64,000 bases of DNA from an uncultured bacterium (GTDB lineage Bacteria > Patescibacteriota > Minisyncoccia > Phycocordibacterales > CAIJYI01), in contig CAIJYI010000043.1 in assembly GCA_903824855.1 (NCBI GenBank), positions 177-64,176 on the forward strand. The letters run 5' to 3'. Positions 61,451 through 64,000 of the stretch are shown piece after piece. The first letter of the stretch is position 1, and every line of letters starts with the position of its first letter. A program made the position numbers and the translations under genes. The notes beneath the pieces were generated by a model that was not told the DNA's origin, made no database searches, and saw only the letters and a list, made by a program, of their open reading frames with translations.

Positions 61451-62683
61451 ATGTCATTAGTAAAAAAACAATTGCATGTGCTTTTTATTTCCACCGATCG
61501 TGAAATCTTTCGGGAGGGAAGCGAGGCCCACTTAAGAATGCTCGATTATGCTTCCATTATGGACGAACTTCGGATTATTGTTTACACGAAGAAAAGTTCA
61601 GGGTTTGTTGCAACTCAAATCGGAAAAAATGCCTGGGCATATCCCACTAATTCAATATCAAGATGGTTTTATGTGTTTGATGCAATTCGTTTGGCCGAAA
61701 ATTTATTTACTCCGCAGTTTGGCATAAGAAGTGATTTCATCGAAGAAGACGGTAAAGATGTTGTTAATCTCGTGAGCGCTCAAGATCCGTTTGAGTGCGG
61801 GCTTGCCGGCTATCGTATTTCAAAAAAACTCCACATTCCGCTTCAATTGCAGATCCATACCGATTTTCTAAATAAAAATTTTACCGTCGGTTCAAAACTG
61901 AATTTTTTGCGTGTTAAAATCGCTAAATTTCTCTTGGTTCGTCACGCAAAAATAAGAGTTGTTTCTGAACGGATAAAATCTTCAATTTTTAAAAATATTT
62001 GGTTTCCGAAAAGTGATATCGCTGATATTTCGGTGCTTCCTGTTTTTGTCGACAGAGAAAGATTCAGAAATTCAATGGAAACGAATTTCCTTTCTGAAAA
62101 ATATCCAAATCATACATTACTCGTTCTCGTCGTGTCCCGGCTGGAAAAGGAAAAAAATGTCGAGCTCGCACTAAAAATTCTTTCCGAGACAACAAGGCGG
62201 AGTCAGGAATCTTTTATCGGTTTGGTTATTGTCGGAGATGGAAGTGAAAAAAAGGCATTGAAAAAAATGGCAGAAAAACTGCATATTGCCGACCGTGTGT
62301 TTTTTGAGGGGGCAGTCGCTGATGTTGGCCCTTATTATAAAGCTGCAGATGTGTTATTGGTGACATCGAAATATGAGGGGTATGGAAGAATGATTGCTGA
62401 GGCAACCGCTGCGGGATGTTTCGTCATTACGCCTGATGTCGGAGCTGCAAGAGAATTAGTAACTCAATCAAGCGGCGTTGTTTGTAATGACGATGATGAG
62501 GAATGTCTTCTTCGAAATATTCTTTTTCTTTGCAGTACCAGTTATACGAGAGATCAATTTAAAAGTGTCGCACGAATATCTTCCAGTCGGGCGGTTTTTG
62601 AATCAAAAAGCGAATATTTGGAAAAATACAGAGAGCTACTTTTGTCTGCGGCAAACAATGAAGATTATTTTCTCGATAAATAA
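61451..62683 (+). CDS. Glycosyltransferase family 4
   Basis: SRLEKEKN and EGYGRMIAEA. Confidence 0.9.
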   Translation: MSLVKKQLHVLFISTDREIFREGSEAHLRMLDYASIMDELRIIVYTKKSSGFVATQIGKNAWAYPTNSISRWFYVFDAIRLAENLFTPQFGIRSDFIEEDGKDVVNLVSAQDPFECGLAGYRISKKLHIPLQLQIHTDFLNKNFTVGSKLNFLRVKIAKFLLVRHAKIRVVSERIKSSIFKNIWFPKSDIADISVLPVFVDRERFRNSMETNFLSEKYPNHTLLVLVVSRLEKEKNVELALKILSETTRRSQESFIGLVIVGDGSEKKALKKMAEKLHIADRVFFEGAVADVGPYYKAADVLLVTSKYEGYGRMIAEATAAGCFVITPDVGAARELVTQSSGVVCNDDDEECLLRNILFLCSTSYTRDQFKSVARISSSRAVFESKSEYLEKYRELLLSAANNEDYFLDK

Positions 62684-62734
62684 TCAGAGTCTTTACCACT
62701 TCCTTTTTGTGTGTTTTTTTGTTATGGTTCTAAT

Positions 62735-64000
62735 ATGATTTTCGAAAATATTCATTCTGAAAAAGACGTGGATACTTTAAAAAAGCACATCCTTAAAGAT
62801 GCGGCTCTTATTGCGCGTATCAGGGAAATCAGAAAGACTCTCCATTATTCTCGTCGGGGAGGAGATAAAGGTAATTCAATGATGCCTACAAATGCTGAGA
62901 TTCTGGCTCTGTACCGAGAGATGGTCTTGTCCGGTGAAATATCTCCCGATAAAAATACGGAGCTTCTCTTAAGAAAAATTAAGACAAAAAGCAATTCTGG
63001 TGTTGCGGTTATTTCATTGCTCACAAAACCGTTTCCATGCCCCGGTACGTGCACATATTGCCCAACTGAGGTGAATATGCCCAAAAGCTACTTATCGAGG
63101 GAGCCTGCGGCAGCAAGAGCCCTTTCAAGCGATTTTGACCCAAGAAAACAGATTCAAATGCGTCTTCAGGCCCTCATTACGAATGGGCACCCGGTAGATA
63201 AAATAGAGATAATTATTATCGGCGGGACATGGAGTTTTTATCACTCTTCCTATCGCGAGTTCATAATAAAAGAATGTTTCCGTGCCTGTAATGATTTTAC
63301 TGAAGGGCAGTCTTTTGTGGAAAACAACAGAGAAGAATCTCTTGCTGAGTTGCAGAAGAAAAATGAAACCGCGGAATGTCGCATTGTTGGACTCTCCATT
63401 GAAACAAGACCCGATTATATTACTGAAGAGGAAGTAAAAAAACTACGAGAATATGGAGTGACCAAAGTGGAGATTGGAGTTCAACATTTAGATGATTCCA
63501 TTCTTGCCGGTATTAAACGAAACATGACGAAGGCGGATATTATTCGTGCAACCGAAATTCTCCGAAACGCCGGATTGAAAGTGGTGTATCATATGATGCC
63601 GAATCTTCCGGGGAGTGATAAAGAAAAAGATATCGAAATGTTCCGGGAGCTTTTTCGTGACGGATCAGGTCTTGAACCGGACATGCTTAAAATATATCCA
63701 TGCATGGTTCTCGAAGGGAGTGAACTTTATGAAATATGGAAGGCCGGAAAATTCCGAGCTTATACTGACGAAGAACTTATGGAAGTACTTCGAGAAGCAA
63801 AAAAACTCGTTCCTCCCTATGTAAGAATTTTACGGGTCATTCGTGATATTCCCGCTGATTACGTAAAAGCCGGAAGCAAAATCTCAAATATGCGCCAGTG
63901 GCTCGAACAAGACCAGAAAAAATATGGCTGGAAATGTAAATGTATTCGTTGCCGTGAAGTAAGGGAAAGAGAAGTGATGCTTTCCGATTGTACTTTGGTC
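62735..64000 (+). CDS. elp3: Elp3-type radical SAM tRNA U34 modification enzyme, 3' end truncated by the window; not in the ORF track
   Basis: Manual translation gives SGVAVI...CPGTCTYCP...PKSY...GGT...IETRPD...LKIYP...RVIRDIP...CIRCRE. Confidence 0.92.
   Translation, partial: MIFENIHSEKDVDTLKKHILKDAALIARIREIRKTLHYSRRGGDKGNSMMPTNAEILALYREMVLSGEISPDKNTELLLRKIKTKSNSGVAVISLLTKPFPCPGTCTYCPTEVNMPKSYLSREPAAARALSSDFDPRKQIQMRLQALITNGHPVDKIEIIIIGGTWSFYHSSYREFIIKECFRACNDFTEGQSFVENNREESLAELQKKNETAECRIVGLSIETRPDYITEEEVKKLREYGVTKVEIGVQHLDDSILAGIKRNMTKADIIRATEILRNAGLKVVYHMMPNLPGSDKEKDIEMFRELFRDGSGLEPDMLKIYPCMVLEGSELYEIWKAGKFRAYTDEELMEVLREAKKLVPPYVRILRVIRDIPADYVKAGSKISNMRQWLEQDQKKYGWKCKCIRCREVREREVMLSDCTLV

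Overview
A 64 kb AT-rich bacterial chromosome segment using genetic code 11. By inference it is from a Patescibacteria/CPR (Parcubacteria-like) genome, based on the L7/L12 and EF-Tu N-termini, the short ATP synthase delta, the CxxC-x17-CxxC protein, the lone TraD-like ATPase, and Elp3. Core content: ssrA, smpB, ftsH, tuf-rpsJ, a complete atpBEFHAGDC operon, pth, rpsA, a UvrD-nuclease fusion, an S10/spc cluster broken into three transcription units, groES-groEL, lemA/htpX, four minor pilins, tRNA-Ser(GGA), an L10 leader with rplJ-rplL, mscS, a two-component pair, glycosyltransferases and a partial elp3. The most unusual signals are not in the core genes. (1) About 17 accessory or orphan genes carry strong AGGAG(G) Shine-Dalgarno (SD) sites, mostly as self-contained promoter/SD/terminator cassettes, while core genes are leaderless or lack an SD. 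This class includes a tandem array of six tiny membrane proteins with a compensated frameshift between paralogs, and several 'empty' cassettes. (2) A multi-branched inverted-repeat element with a compensatory base change lies about 10 nt upstream of the -35 box of two different ribosomal-protein operons. (3) Long 7-mer-periodic hairpins sit at gene junctions inside the atp, S10 and gro operons. All calls were made by eye from motifs; no database searches were run.
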